DNA from: Octopus sinensis
Taxonomy: Eukaryota
DNA: 40,757 nt
NCBI RefSeq assembly: GCF_006345805.1
Contig: NW_021835419.1
Span: forward strand, 1 to 40,757
Reading direction: 5' to 3'
The notes beneath the pieces are model-generated. The model saw only the letters and a program-made list of their open reading frames with translations. It was not told where the DNA came from and ran no database searches. A program made the translations under genes and the position numbers. Shown here one piece after another: positions 22,842 to 35,900 of this stretch (its first letter is position 1; every line of letters starts with the position of its first letter).

Positions 22842-23282
22842 TCATAGTTTTGTTCCCATGCAGCAACAAAAATTTGTATCAAAAATGTTGAGGTAAAATA
22901 TCATGAAAAAAAGGGATTTAAGTATAATTAACTTTTTATTTTAAAAACAAACTATGTTCTAATTAAGATTAAATGATAGAACTCAATTCGAGGAGTTTCA
23001 TGGTATCAATCTCACGCAATGAATTTAAAAAGAAAAATGTTATGTGTTTGTTTCTCAAATTTGAGGGTGATAATATAGTTCTATACGTTTTTATGGATAT
23101 AGTTCTATAAGGGACTTTTAATATATGTCACCGGCGTCATTGAGGTAAAGAATAAATTATCAACGACACCACTAATTGACACATTTGACTCATTATAAAT
23201 TAGCATAATAGCATAGCCTGGAAGAAACGTGGATTACATAGAAAAATGCAAGCAAGAGAAATAATATTCATAAGATTATAAA

Positions 23283-23369
23283 CCTGGAAAATTACAGGAC
23301 AAGTTATTACACCTGGAGAAGTTCAGGACAACTTATTACATCTGGTAAAGTACAGAACAAGAACATTTA
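23283..23369. repeat. 29-bp minisatellite x3
   Basis: CCTGGAAAATTACAGGACAAGTTATTACA / CCTGGAGAAGTTCAGGACAACTTATTACA / TCTGGTAAAGTACAGAACAAGAACATTTA. Confidence 0.8.
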
Positions 23370-24367
23370 TACTTAAAATATTGCAGCTAAGGATAAAATA
23401 TGAATATCAAAAATAATTTGATTTTAATTTACTATTTGTAATTGACAAGACCAAGGAAGGTTGAAGTCGCGTGATTTAATGGTCTCAGCACTGGATGTGG
23501 CGGAGAATTATCTCGCCGCTCGCCAATATGAGAGTTTCTCTCGTGATAACTACCGCAGTACAGTTTGTTCTTACAGAACAACTACTTCTAAGTGAGCATA
23601 AATATTACTCCTGGAATGGTTATACGGTAAATTCGTATTATTGATATTGGATAGTAAGTTAAGGTAGGTCATCATCAGTAAAACCGAGAACTGAAGGAAA
23701 AGAAGGAAGGTATGTAGGTGTACAGCTGTTTCAAGAGTAGATGCACAATTGGTGCAATTCCTGGTAAGCAACGAGTGCTGACAACAAATGGAGCATCTGA
23801 CTATTGATACGTATGCCTGCTGCAGAAAAGGGAAGCGTAGGTACCCCAGTCTGGTCACACGTGAACTGGGGCAAGGCACGATGGCCAGGCGGTAATATAT
23901 GACGGATGCAATGTATATATGCTACACCTCTGCCCGATCTTTCAGGGATAGCATTCTCCCGGCTCATTTCTGTCGCATGTAGGATGGATCGAGTTATCGG
24001 TTGAGTCCATTGTGAAGAAAATTTCGCCACCTTCCTTTAACTGAGCAGGTAAGGCAATTTAAGTTTGGTGGCTACGGCGAAAGAGGTTGTATGCTTTTGA
24101 CCGATACAAACAAGGAATATTTCCCTGAGGTTCTAGATTTTGACCGAGACAAACAATACTTATCTCTTTTGGGGTCTAGCTCCTGGTCATACACAAACAA
24201 TAATTACATCTTGTGTTCTTGCATTTTATACTTAGTTTCCTAGGTCTTATATTGTTCAAAGTATCATGCAGAGGCTGAACCTGGACACCGTGTGATTGGG
24301 AAACAAGCTTCTTACCACACAGCCGTTCCGTTTTTTATGTCATCTATTCATCTTTTTCTTTTCATGA

Positions 24368-24660
24368 GGGTGCGTGGCTTAGTGGTCAGGGTATTCGTGA
24401 GTTCAATTCCTGGAGGTGGGTTGTGTCCGTGAGCAAGACACTTAATTTCACGTTCCTCCAGTCCTTAAATGAGCTGTACCTGTATTTCAAAGGGGTCAGA
24501 TTTGTTACATTCTGTGTCGCACTGTCTCTCCCTGAGAACTACGTTATGGGTACGCATGTCTGTGCCGTGCTCAGCCACTTGCACATTAATTTCACGAGCA
24601 GGCTGTTCCGTTGATCGCATCATTTGGAACACTCGTCGTCGCAGCCGACGGAGTGCTTGT
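24368..24660 (+). mobile_element. tRNA-headed SINE family C
   Basis: TGGCTTAGTGG A-box, GAGTTCAATTCC B-box, GAGCAAGACACTT; tail matches the reverse complement of 30480-30650. Confidence 0.8.
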
Positions 24661-25327
24661 TCTTTTCATGAAGATTCCTGCATTTCACTTGTCCCTGTCT
24701 ATCTTTGATTAAATGGGTCAGACGAAGCTCATACACCACTACACCCTAACTCACCCTCAGCTGCTTAGCCTCCCGACCCCCCACCGGTGAGGTTCGTTAA
24801 CCGCGGTTTGGCTTTCATATTGATTGATAGGTGGTCTTGTGTATACATACATATATGTATATATATATACATATATATATATACACATATGTATATACAT
24901 ATATATATATGTATGTGTGTGTGTGTGTGTTTGTATGTATGTATGCATATGTATATTATGTATGTGTGTGTAGTGGGGGTTATGTATGTGCGTACGTGAG
25001 CGTGTACGTGTATATGTATGTGTGTGTGTATCATGTTAATTGATAGGTGTTTAAACATATAATATATATGCGTGTGTATATATGTACGTATGTATGTATG
25101 TATTATGCATGTACGTAGGTATGTATGTATGTATGTATGTATGTATGTATGTATGTATGTATGTATGCATGTATGCATGTATGTATGTATGCATGTATGT
25201 ATGTATGTATGTATGTATGTATGTATGTATGTATGCATGCATGCATGTACGTAGGTATGTGTGGGAGGAGAAACACGCGAAAAAGAAAACTTTGAAGAAA
25301 AAAATAGAATAACAGATAGATAGATAA

Positions 25328-25376
<49 letters not shown>

Positions 25377-25861
25377 GAGGGATGAAAGAAGACAAAAATA
25401 AGTAAGTAAATAAATAAATAAATAGAAGCCTGGAACGCTATATTGTTATCGTAAATGAAATGATACGTTATTAGATTCAGAAAGATAAATTATTTATCGA
25501 AATGAATTAGCATAATTAATTGCCGATATGATAATTGATTAGATATTTTGGGGGTGGATGAGGTTGTATGTGGGTGGGTGCAAGGCAGCTTTGAATATAT
25601 TAAGGGTCTTAATTTTGTACTTCGTAGCTGTTGCCTTCTATATAGGGGGTTTGATGCATCACAGTCTGTGTGAGTGGGTGGGAGGACTATTTGTACGTGT
25701 GTGTGTGTGTGAGGCGTGTATGAGTATTATAACACAAACACAAAGACACACGTACACACATCATACGACGGGCTTTCGACATAGTTTCTGCCGACCAGAT
25801 TCACTCACAAGGCACTGGTCGAGGGTTAAAACAGAAGATACTTGTTATATATATATATATA

Positions 25862-26259
25862 CTAGCAGTATCGCCCGGCGTTGCTCGGGTTTGTAAGGGA
25901 AATAACTATATAAGCATTTTTAGAGAGTTATAGCCAAAAAATAGCAAAAAAATGCATTAAAAATGGAAAAAAATTATGGTAATTTTTTTTTTAAATCGTT
26001 GACTCATCGTAGACATTTTTAGAGAGTTACTTCCCTTATATAATAGCGGGAAAAAATGCATTAAAATGAAAAAAAAATGATGGTAAATTTTTTTAAATCG
26101 TAGACTCATCGTAGACGCGCGCTAATACCCAGAAGGGCTCGATATGAATCACGACTATAAGATACCCGCTTTTGGTTAAACTGCATCGCAAAATGTGGGA
26201 GTAGTTAGGAATCTAAAACGTAGGAGACAGACACACAACTTCTCTTTTATATATAAAGA
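25862..26259 (-). mobile_element. Non-autonomous Helitron, same family, 398 bp
   Basis: Same termini in reverse complement (ACTAGCAGTATCGCCCGGCGTTGCTCGGG ... TATATATAAAGAT). Confidence 0.85.
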
Positions 26260-26540
26260 TATATATATATATATATATATATACAACTTATAAATGAGGG
26301 CTAAAGAAAATTATTTCAATGCCAATATACTGATAACAGACTTTTAAATCGTCAATTTCCACATATTATTTACTCGCTATGGAAAAAAAAAAGAAGTGAA
26401 AACGGGGAAGCCGGCCGATAGAACTTTTTTTTAAAGTTCGTTATTTCTATATTGAATCAATTTCGGAATTAATCACATAAAAGATTCTTTCCTCTTCAGT
26501 AGAACATACGAAAGGATATAAATAAGATACTTACATGCGC

Positions 26541-26723
26541 CCATAGATTCTTGTGACATCTGAGCCTTGTGTGATGGTGCAGAATCTTATTGAAAGACAT
26601 ATATATACTTTATATATATATATAGCAACAAGGATATCCAGAGCGTATGCAGTGGAAGACCCTATGTCTTTCAATAAGATTCTGCACCATCACAAAAGGC
26701 TCAGATGTCACAAGAATCTATGG
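26541..26723. repeat. 61-bp inverted repeat (arms 26541-26601 and 26663-26723, 1 mismatch, 61-bp spacer)
   Basis: CCATAGATTC...TGAAAGACATA is the reverse complement of TATGTCTTTCA...GAATCTATGG. Confidence 0.95.
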
Positions 26724-26870
26724 TCGACAATTTGTATGATCACATCACTCCCAACATTTGGCATCCTAATTCTCCAGATCTCAATCCACTGGACTACTAT
26801 GTATGAAGCGCCGTTGAGAAAAATGTCAATGAACACCCCCATAACACCAAAGATACTTTGAAAGCCGACG
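26630..26870 (+). mobile_element. Tc1/mariner DD37D (maT-type) transposase remnant
   Basis: GRPYVFQ*DSAPSQKA...IWHPNSPDLNPLDYYV*SAVE; 37 residues between D at 26678 and D at 26792. Confidence 0.85.
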
Positions 26871-27592
26871 AAAATATATTTTGAGGAAGATTTCGTAGCT
26901 ATTTCAAGCAAGTTGATCAACTGTGTGGAGGCTCCTTGTTTAGAATATGTACTGTTGTTTAGTGTTAAGTGATCAAAGCCATTCCAGCCGTGACTATCCT
27001 GTCTCTTTAAACTGGTATTCTGTATCTAGTACTATATTGATTTCTGTTTTTAAACACAGAAAACCAGCGTTTGTCATACTTGATGGGAACTGACCCGGGG
27101 GGTCCATGGCAGGATTGAAAAGTAGGGACTGTTTAAACAAATTGCTGTGTTTAGAAAAATTGGTGGTGGTGGTGGTGGTGGTGAAGGTGGTGTTTTGTGG
27201 TGGTGATGATGATAGTGAGGATGGTGAGGGGTAGTGTTAGTGTTGCTGATGATGGCGGCTGCTGTAGTGGCGGTGGTGGTGGTGGTGGTGGTGGTGGTGG
27301 TGGTGATGGTGGTGTTGGAGGTGGTGGTTGGTGATGGTAGTATTTTGATTGCTGGTGTCATTAGTGTTGTAGTTGTTCCAACGTCCACAATCAAGTGTTT
27401 CGACCAACTGATTCTTTAAAAAAATAAGCAACTGGACGCCGACATTTTTTGTAACGCGATTGTGGCCACCCATTCCATCCACCTGCCCAAACACACACAC
27501 ACACACACACATACCCTCCACTTCACCACCACCAATTCAGCCAGTCTTCTCTCATCTTGCATTCACCAATAACTTGACCCCCTCTCCTACTC

Positions 27593-28468
27593 ATGGTGGT
27601 GGTGGTGGTCTTGATGGTGATGAAGGTAGTGATGGTGATGGTGGTGATGGTGGTAGTGGTGGTGGTGGTAGTGATGGTGGTTGTGGTGGTGGTGGTGGTG
27701 GTGGTAGTTGTGGTGATAGTGGTGGTGGTGGTGGTGGTGGTGGTGGTCTTGATGGTGATGAAGGTAGTGATGGTGATGGTGGCGATGGTGGTGATGGTGG
27801 TGATGGTGGTGGTGGTGGTGGTGGTGGTGGTCTTGATGGTGATGGTGGTAGTGATGGTGGTGGTGGTGGCAGTGGTGGTGGTGGTGGTAGTGGTCCTGAT
27901 GGTGATGAAGGTAATGATGGTGATGGCGGTGATGGTGGTAGTGATGGTGGTAGTGATGGTGGTGGTGGTGGTGTGGTGGTGGTGGTAGTTGTGGTGATAG
28001 TGGTGGTGGTGGTGGTGGTGGTGTCTTGATGGTGATGAAGGTAGTGATGGTGATGGTGGCGATGGTGGTGATGGTGGTGATGGTGGTGGTGGTGGTGGTG
28101 GTGGTGGTCTTGATGGTGATGGTGGTAGTGATGGTGGTGGTGGTGGCAGTGGTGGTGGTGGTGGTAGTGGTCCTGATGGTGATGAAGGTAATGATGGTGA
28201 TGGCGGTGATGGTGGTAGTGATGGTGGTAGTGGTGGTGGTGGTGGTCTTGATGTTGATGAAGGTAGTGATGGTGATGGTGGCGATGGTGGTGATGGTGGT
28301 AGTGATGGTGGTGGTGGTGGTGGTGGTGGTGGTGGTAGTGGTCCTGATGGTGATGAAGGTAGTGATGGTGATGGTGACGATGGTGGTGATGGTGGTAGTG
28401 ATGGTGGTGGTGGTGGTGGTGGTGGTAGTGGTGGTGGTGGTGGTGGTGGTGGTGGTGGTGGTGGTGAA
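27593..28468. repeat. (GGT/GAT)n triplet array with higher-order duplication
   Basis: Marker variants GGCAGT (27868/28145) and CCTGAT (27895/28172) recur 277 bp apart. Confidence 0.9.
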
Positions 28469-29204
28469 AGTAGTGGATGTAGGACTGTTCAAGTGAATGG
28501 TGGAGGGTATCGGTGATGACAGTGTAACCGGCTTCAGGTGTGGCGGCGGCGGTACTCAAAGTGACAGGGTGCCGCGGAGGTGGTCGGTGTTATTCGAAGA
28601 TGGCCACGGAACGTGTAAAGTTACTCAGTCTCAAATCAATTACATCCCATCGGCTTTGACCACGTGAGACGCAAGGGAGTTGATGGGGGGAGGCGAGTAG
28701 TGTGGGGGGATGTGAATGTGGCGGTGGTAGTGGTGGGGTGTACTCGTTTTGCTTTCTTTTCTCGATTGTTTTTTTCTATATTTTTTTTCTTTCTCTAAAA
28801 TTCCCTAATCTGCTTTAATCGCTCTCATTCTTACTACATCCGCCTCCCCCTCTTCCGTTCGCCCCTACTCCTCTTCCTGATCATCTCCCTTCTCCCCCTC
28901 CACTTTTCTCCTCCTTCTTCTTCTCCTTTTCTCCTCCTCCTCCTCTCTTCTTCTCCTCACTTACTCCCCTTTTCCGCTCCTCTTACCTCCTTTGTCTTCT
29001 CCTCGCCTCCACACCCCTCCAGCTCTCCTCTCTTCCTCGTCCCCTTCCCCTCATTCTCAGTCTACTCTCTCTTTCCCCGCTCCCTACCTCCAACTCCACA
29101 TCATCACCCCTCCCTCACACCTTCATAAACGTAAATTTGAAACGATTAACGTTTCAATCATTTTTATTTCATCTTCATTTTGTTATTTTCGTCTTCCATT
29201 GAAA

Positions 29205-29485
29205 GTGTTGAACTGGCAGAATCGTTAGCACGCCGGGCGAAATGTGTAGCCGTATTTCGTCTGCCGTTACGTTCTGAGTTCAAATTTCGCCGAGGTCGAC
29301 TTTGCCTTTCATCCTTTCGGGGTCAATTAAATAAGTACCAGTTAAGTTCTGGGGTCGATGTAATCGACTTAATTCGTGTGTCTGTCCTTGTTTGTCCCCT
29401 CTGTGTGTAACCCCTTGTGGGCAATAAAGAAATAAGAATCGTTAACATGCCGAGCAAAATGCTTAGCAGCATTTCGTCCGTCGTT
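29205..29485 (+). mobile_element. SINE family A plus partial second head
   Basis: Sequence similarity to 9232-9460. Confidence 0.85.
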
Positions 29486-29529
29486 ACTACCGTCTCCTTC
29501 TTCTTTTTCTTCTTCTTCTTCGAATCAGG

Positions 29530-29996
29530 ACACCAGGACTCACGCCATTAGCCACAAAGAATAATCTCTAATTCGAGCCTACGCTCAGTTACTAAGTATG
29601 CGTGTGGCAACTTGAAGATCCATCCACCACACGCGATAGACTGGCGGTTGCACGGGTGCGAAAGCTACGTTGTTATCCTCATTCCGTAAACGGTGGCTTT
29701 TAACGGGTAGAGAGCTGAACCATCCTGGGGTACAGAGGATTCGCAATCTACACTAGGTTCTGAAAGTTTACCACACCATAGTGGGTTACACCATGGGTCC
29801 TCTGCGTTGTGGCAAAAGTAGGAAGAAAGAGGGAGAGGGAATTGTGGTGAAAGAGTACAGCGGGGTTCACCCTCCTCCCGCCGGAGCCTCGTGGAGCTTA
29901 GGTGTTTTTGCTCAATAAACACTCACAATGCCCGGTCTGGGGATCGAAACCGCGTTCTTACGACCGCGTGTCCGCTGCCCTAACCACTGGGCCATT
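29530..29996 (-). mobile_element. tRNA-headed SINE (C-related head) with long tail
   Basis: Reverse-complement head GGAGGCGCAATGGCCCAGTGGTTAGG...GTTTCGATCCC; 29830-29945 aligns with 30690-30803; another head at ~30043-30165 (+). Confidence 0.65.
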
Positions 29997-30479
29997 GCGC
30001 CTCCACTTTGCTGCCGTAGCCAACTTTGCCTTTGATCCTATCGGGACGCGTGGCCAAGTGGTTAGGGTGTTGCACTCACGAATGCCAGATCGTAGTTCCG
30101 ATTCCCGGACCAGGCGGCGTGTTGTGCTTTTGAGCAAAACTCTTCATTTCTCGTTGCTCTGGTGCTGTTTGGGGACGAGCATGTCAAAGAATAGAGCCAA
30201 CCTTTCCTCCGCGTGTCATGAAAGGCAACTAAAAGACGTTGAGGTAAGAATTGCCTTCCGACCTCGTAAAACCCTCTTCAGCAGCGACTACTCAAGCAGG
30301 CTCATGGGTGGGTTGGATGGAGGGTTGTTGCCTGAGTGGTGCAAAGGCAACATCCACCAAGTGTAGCAGAGAATCACCAACAAATAGTGATGCAGCGACA
30401 CGCTATCACAGCGTCTCCCCACCATATTACTACTACTAGTACTATTACTACTGCTGCTGCTACTGATAAAATAAGTGGA

Positions 30480-30803
30480 AGCACTCCGTCGGTTACGACG
30501 ACGAGGGTTCCGGTTGATCCGATCAACGGAACAGCCTGCTCGTAAAATTAACGTGTAAGTGGCTGAGCACTCCACAGACATGTGTACCCTTAACGTAGTT
30601 CTCGAGGATATTCAGCGTGACACAGAGAGTGACAAGGCCGGCCCCTTGAAATACAGGTACAACAGAAACAGGAATTAAGAGTGAGAGAAAGTTGTGGTCA
30701 AAGAGTACAGCAGGGATCACCACCATCCCCTGCCGGAGACTTGTGGAGCTTTAGGTGTTTTCGCTCAATAAACACTCACAACGCCCGGTCTGGGAATCGA
30801 AAG
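30480..30803 (-). mobile_element. SINE family C, 5'-truncated
   Basis: Shares body with 29830-29945 and tail with 24500-24660. Confidence 0.75.
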
Positions 30804-31742
30804 ATAAAATAAGTACTTTAAAACAAAATAAATGGACTGGAGGCGATTCGTTCGACTAAAAATTCTTCAAGGCGGTGCCCCAGCATGACCACAGGCTGAT
30901 TGGAACAAATAAAAGGTAAAAGATAAAAGATAAGCGATGGCGTCGCCATTGAAATAACTCTACTAGCGCCGCCGCACCCGCGGCCATGTAAAATAGGAGA
31001 GGCTTTTTCCCGCTCCACTCTGAACATAATGATCTCCTTTCAGGAATTATTTATTAAAACATGAGCATCACAACATCGCATTTGACGACAAACCCTCCAC
31101 CTGAACCCTAAAATAATATAATCTGTAGATCTGTTTTTATGTCTTGTCAAACAAAAACTAGAGCACTCCGTGGGGGTTTGTTATTTTAAGGGCAAGCGAG
31201 GAGGGAGAGTTTCTTTATATTTTCTTTTGTCCATTTACTCCCGTCTCCTCTGATAAATGAAATCCGCAATAACACGACGTTGCGTTGTTAAGAAGGTTAC
31301 ACGATCACCGTATTGGATTTCAAACCGACTGTATCAGGTTTCAAATCCATTTAGCAATCAACGGCATTTTGTTTTTTTTCTTGTTTTTTTTTTGTTTTAT
31401 ATTTTCGTATTACGTGTCTTCTTGTGTGTGTTTGTGTTTGTGTGTGTGTGTGTGTGTTTGCGTTTGTGTGTTTGCGTTTGTGTGTGTACGTGTGTGCGTG
31501 TGTGTGTGTTTTCCGCTGTGTTTGTTGGATTACTATTGTTGTTGTTGTTGTGGTCGTCATTGATTGTTTTTTTTTTCTTTTCTTTTCTTTTTGTCCGGGC
31601 AATTAATCAAATCAATTGATACTTTATGATGGCAATCGGAAACAACATTGTTCTCCTTGATCAATACTCACCTGGGGCTAAACAACAACGCTAACAACGG
31701 CGGCAGCAACAACGCCAACAACAACAACAACACACCACCACC

Positions 31743-31794
<52 letters not shown>

Positions 31795-32319
31795 TCACCA
31801 CCACTTATCTTGCTTCTGTATCTCTTTGTGCGGTATAAAAGACAAAAAGAAAATAAAGCTTTTCTCGTAATACTCCTTTCCACTACGGGCACAATGTCAG
31901 CAATTTCGGGGGAGGGGTTAGTCGATTACATCGACTGCAGTACTCTACGGGTACTTCATTTTATCGACTCAGAATAAACGGAAAGCAAAGTTGATTAAAA
32001 TCGATTCCAGTAATTGATTGGTATTTTGATTTATTGACCCTGGAAAGATGAAAGACAAAGTTCACCTAAGTGGGATTTGAACTCAGATCTTTAAAAGGCG
32101 GGGAGATTGACAGAATCATTTGACAAAATTCCTTGCGGCATTTCTCTCGACGACGATGATGCTACGATTATCGGTCCATTCATTTCTGCAACGACGACCC
32201 GTGTATATTAGATAGAAGAAAATATTGTTTTTATACCGAGTGAAAAAAGTAAACGAAAAATGAATATATAAATATATATACTTGTAAAAAGTTAGTAAGA
32301 AAATGGCTGACGATATGTG

Positions 32320-32680
32320 CATCTCTGATCACGAGCAGAAGTAGTGGGGGAGCATCATAGCCATGTGTTGAGAGGGATTCTTTGGGGTTTGAATAATTCG
32401 CTTCTGGAAACATGGGTGTTTTGTTCATCATCCTCAAACAAACCTTATTCAGGGACCGTTTGAGCGGGGTGGGCTACTCGACCAGAAGAAAATTCTAACT
32501 GGGCCCCACCTGCAAGATCATGCGCTGTTTATCTTGATATGAGATCACCACGCTGTGCACATATGGTTGTGATGCATGTGCCTGGTGTACCCTTATCAAT
32601 CAGGTTGTCATGATGGGTATACTGAGCTCCGTATATTTTACCCCAGTATCACTTCGATGGCATGCACTGCTCTCTCACTC
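32320..32680 (+). mobile_element. Unclassified retroposon-like segment ending in (AAT)n
   Basis: GC-richer block ending abruptly in a ~290-bp (AAT)n tract; no coding signal recognised. Confidence 0.3.
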
Positions 32681-32733
<53 letters not shown>

Positions 32734-32816
32734 TATAATAATAATAATAATAATAATAATATAATAATAATGATGATGATAATAATATAATAATAATATA
32801 ATAAATAATAATAATA

Positions 32817-32847
<31 letters not shown>

Positions 32848-32904
32848 TAATAATAATATATAATAATAATAATAATAATGATAATAATAATAATAATAAT
32901 AATG

Positions 32905-32946
<42 letters not shown>

Positions 32947-32968
32947 TAATAATAATAATAATAATAAT
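32681..32968. repeat. (AAT)n
   Basis: Directly visible. Confidence 0.95.
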
Positions 32969-33169
32969 AGAAGTAATAATATTTTGGTACCAGCAAGTGT
33001 TTTGGGTATGCCAATAATGTTCAGTTGTTAGAAACACTGTTTACCATGTTTTATCCAACTTTGCTACTTCTAAAATGGCGGCTAACAATCTTCTTTCAAA
33101 CGGTGTTGATTGAGAAAATACAATACAATACAATACAATATAAACATACATAATACATACATACATTAC

Positions 33170-33255
<86 letters not shown>

Positions 33256-33998
33256 GAGAAAGAGAGGGGGAGAGAGAGAAAAGGTGTGAAGTGGATGCAT
33301 AGACAATTACACGATAAATTATTTAAGATTTTGTCAAATGTCTTGTTTTCATAACAACTTTGTTTAAGTTAGAATCGTCCGGCTTATTGTTTTTGTGTTG
33401 GTATATATTCTATTATTTTTTGTTATTATTGTCTTGGATATCTTTTGACTCTTGTGGCCAATAAAAGAAATCATTGTTGTCATTTTTTTCTCGTTCCTGT
33501 TCTTATTGTTATATAAACAGGACAGTTTTAACTTAAACGAAGTTCTATTGTACTTCGTTTTTCGATATTGTCCTCTCAGTATCGTGGGCCCTTGTCACTA
33601 ATAAAAGAAAATCACCATCATCACCATCACCATCATCATCATCATTATTATTATTATTGCTGTTGTTGTTGATACTACTATCATCATCATCATCATCATC
33701 ATTTAAATTTTAGGAAGTTCTGAGTCGTTCAAATTGTTTCACCGATTCCCGAAAGGTTGAAAGGCAGAGTTGACTTCAGCAAGATTGAAAACTAGATCGC
33801 AAAGAACAGTAAGAAATCTCGGACGGCATTTTGTCCGATTCTACAAATCCACCATTCATTTTCGTTTTTTTTTTTTTTTTTTTTTTTTTTAACTTGGTTC
33901 AAGGGTGATAAAGGAAGAACAGTACGATCACAGGGCCATAAGTGCAGATGTGGAAAATAAAATAATCCACCGTGTTGAAGAGTGATAATTAAAATATA

Positions 33999-34217
33999 GG
34001 CAGAGACGTTAGCACGCCGGGCGAAATGTTTAGCGGTATTTCGTCTGCCGTTACGTTCTGAGTTCAGATTCCGCCAAGGTCGACTTTGCCTTTCATCCTT
34101 TCGGGGTCGATAAATTAAGTACCAGTTACGCACTGGGGTCGATGTAATCGACTTAATCCCTTTGTCTGTCCTTGTTTGTCTCCTCTGTGTTTAGCCCCTT
34201 GTGGGCAATAAAGAAAT
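33999..34217 (+). mobile_element. SINE family A
   Basis: Sequence similarity to 9232-9460; degenerate minus-strand copies at ~31880-32130 and ~33700-33850. Confidence 0.85.
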
Positions 34218-34219
34218 AA

Positions 34220-34590
34220 GAAGCTTGCTTCCCAACCACAAGGTTCTGGATTCAGTCCCACTGCGTGGCCCCTTGGGCGAATGTCTTCTGCTATAGCTTC
34301 AAGCCGATGAAAGCCTTGTGAGTGGATTTGGTAGATGGAAACTGAAAGAAGTCATCGTGGGTGGGTGTGCGTGCGTGTGTGTGTGTATGTGTGTCTGTGT
34401 GTGTCTGTGTGTTTCTGTCTCTATTTGTCCCCTACAACAGTTAGCAAACCTGTGTTGGTGTGTAACTTAGCGGTTCAGCTAAAGAGACCGATAAAATAAG
34501 TTCCAGGCTTTTAAAAAATAAGTACCGGGATCAGTTCATTTGACTAAAAATTGTCCAAGACGGTGCCCCAGAATGACCGCAGTCTAATGC
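34220..34590 (+). mobile_element. SINE family B
   Basis: Similarity to 6572-6966. Confidence 0.85.
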
Positions 34591-34909
34591 CTGTCGATTT
34601 CTTAGTAATATTTCTCTCTTCTGACGGGACTCCCTCATCTCCAAAGTTACGCACCCCGTTGAGAAACGTTATCCCAGAGACCCTTCGGAAGGAAGCCATT
34701 TCGGCCGCTTATATTCGCTTCATCACCCAACATTCATGGCCTCAGGTAAGGGTATTTATTTGCGGACTCCCTTTCATTCCACTTTTACACAGATGGACCC
34801 TCATAGTCATTAGATGTTTAAAAAATCATTTTTAATTCTTATAATTAAATATTATTATGAATTGTAATTAAAAAATGGTTAAGATATTTTGTGCATTGTT
34901 GAAATATAC

Positions 34910-35125
34910 TCCTTTACTCTTTTACTTGTTTCAGTCATTTGACTGTGGCCTTGCTGGAGCACCACCTTTAGTCGAGCAAATCGACCCCAGGACTTATTCT
35001 TTGTAAGCCTAGTACTTATTCTATCGGTGTCTTTTGCCGAACCGCTAAGTTACGGGGACGTAAACACACCAGCATTGGTTGTCAATCGATGTTGGGGGGG
35101 GGGGGAACAAACACAGACACACAAG
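34910..35125 (-). mobile_element. SINE family B, 3' half
   Basis: Reverse-complement similarity; inverted relative to 34220-34590. Confidence 0.85.
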
Positions 35126-35142
35126 CATATACACACACACAC

Positions 35143-35202
<60 letters not shown>

Positions 35203-35207
35203 TGGTA

Positions 35208-35394
<187 letters not shown>

Positions 35395-35795
35395 TATTCA
35401 CAGGTAAAATAAAGAAAACACGTTTTTTAGCCGTGAACCTTTAAAACGAGGAAGTATCGTTGTTTTTGTTGAATTATCCAACTTTATGCCAAAACAAATA
35501 TATCGACGCCATATCAATAGAAGCTCATTTCTCCAACTTGTTCAGCCGCTATTGTTTCACTTTCTTCAGACGCCATTTTAGCTTGGGTTGATATTTGTTA
35601 TTTAAGCTTTTGGAACAGTTTTTTTTATATGCTCCTTTTTGTATTTGCCTTCATTTTTATTTTCTTTCTTTCCTTCTTTAATATTTTCCTCTTTCTTCTT
35701 TTCTCCCTTTCTCTTGGTCCTCTCTTTTTTTCCTTTTCTCGTTTCTTTTTCTATACTATTTTCTTTATTATTATTCTTTCACTTTACATCTTTTT

Positions 35796-35796
<1 letters not shown>

Positions 35797-35840
<44 letters not shown>

Positions 35841-35841
35841 T

Positions 35842-35900
<59 letters not shown>

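Noticed and set aside
23283-23369. Short regular repeats suggestive of CRISPR (also 15990-16260)
   Set aside because: No unique spacers, no cas genes, eukaryotic context.
27460-28559. Gly-rich, His-rich, Thr-rich and Pro-rich ORFs of up to 322 aa
   Set aside because: Open on both strands and several frames, non-ATG starts, frame slips inside the array; explained by the triplet repeat.
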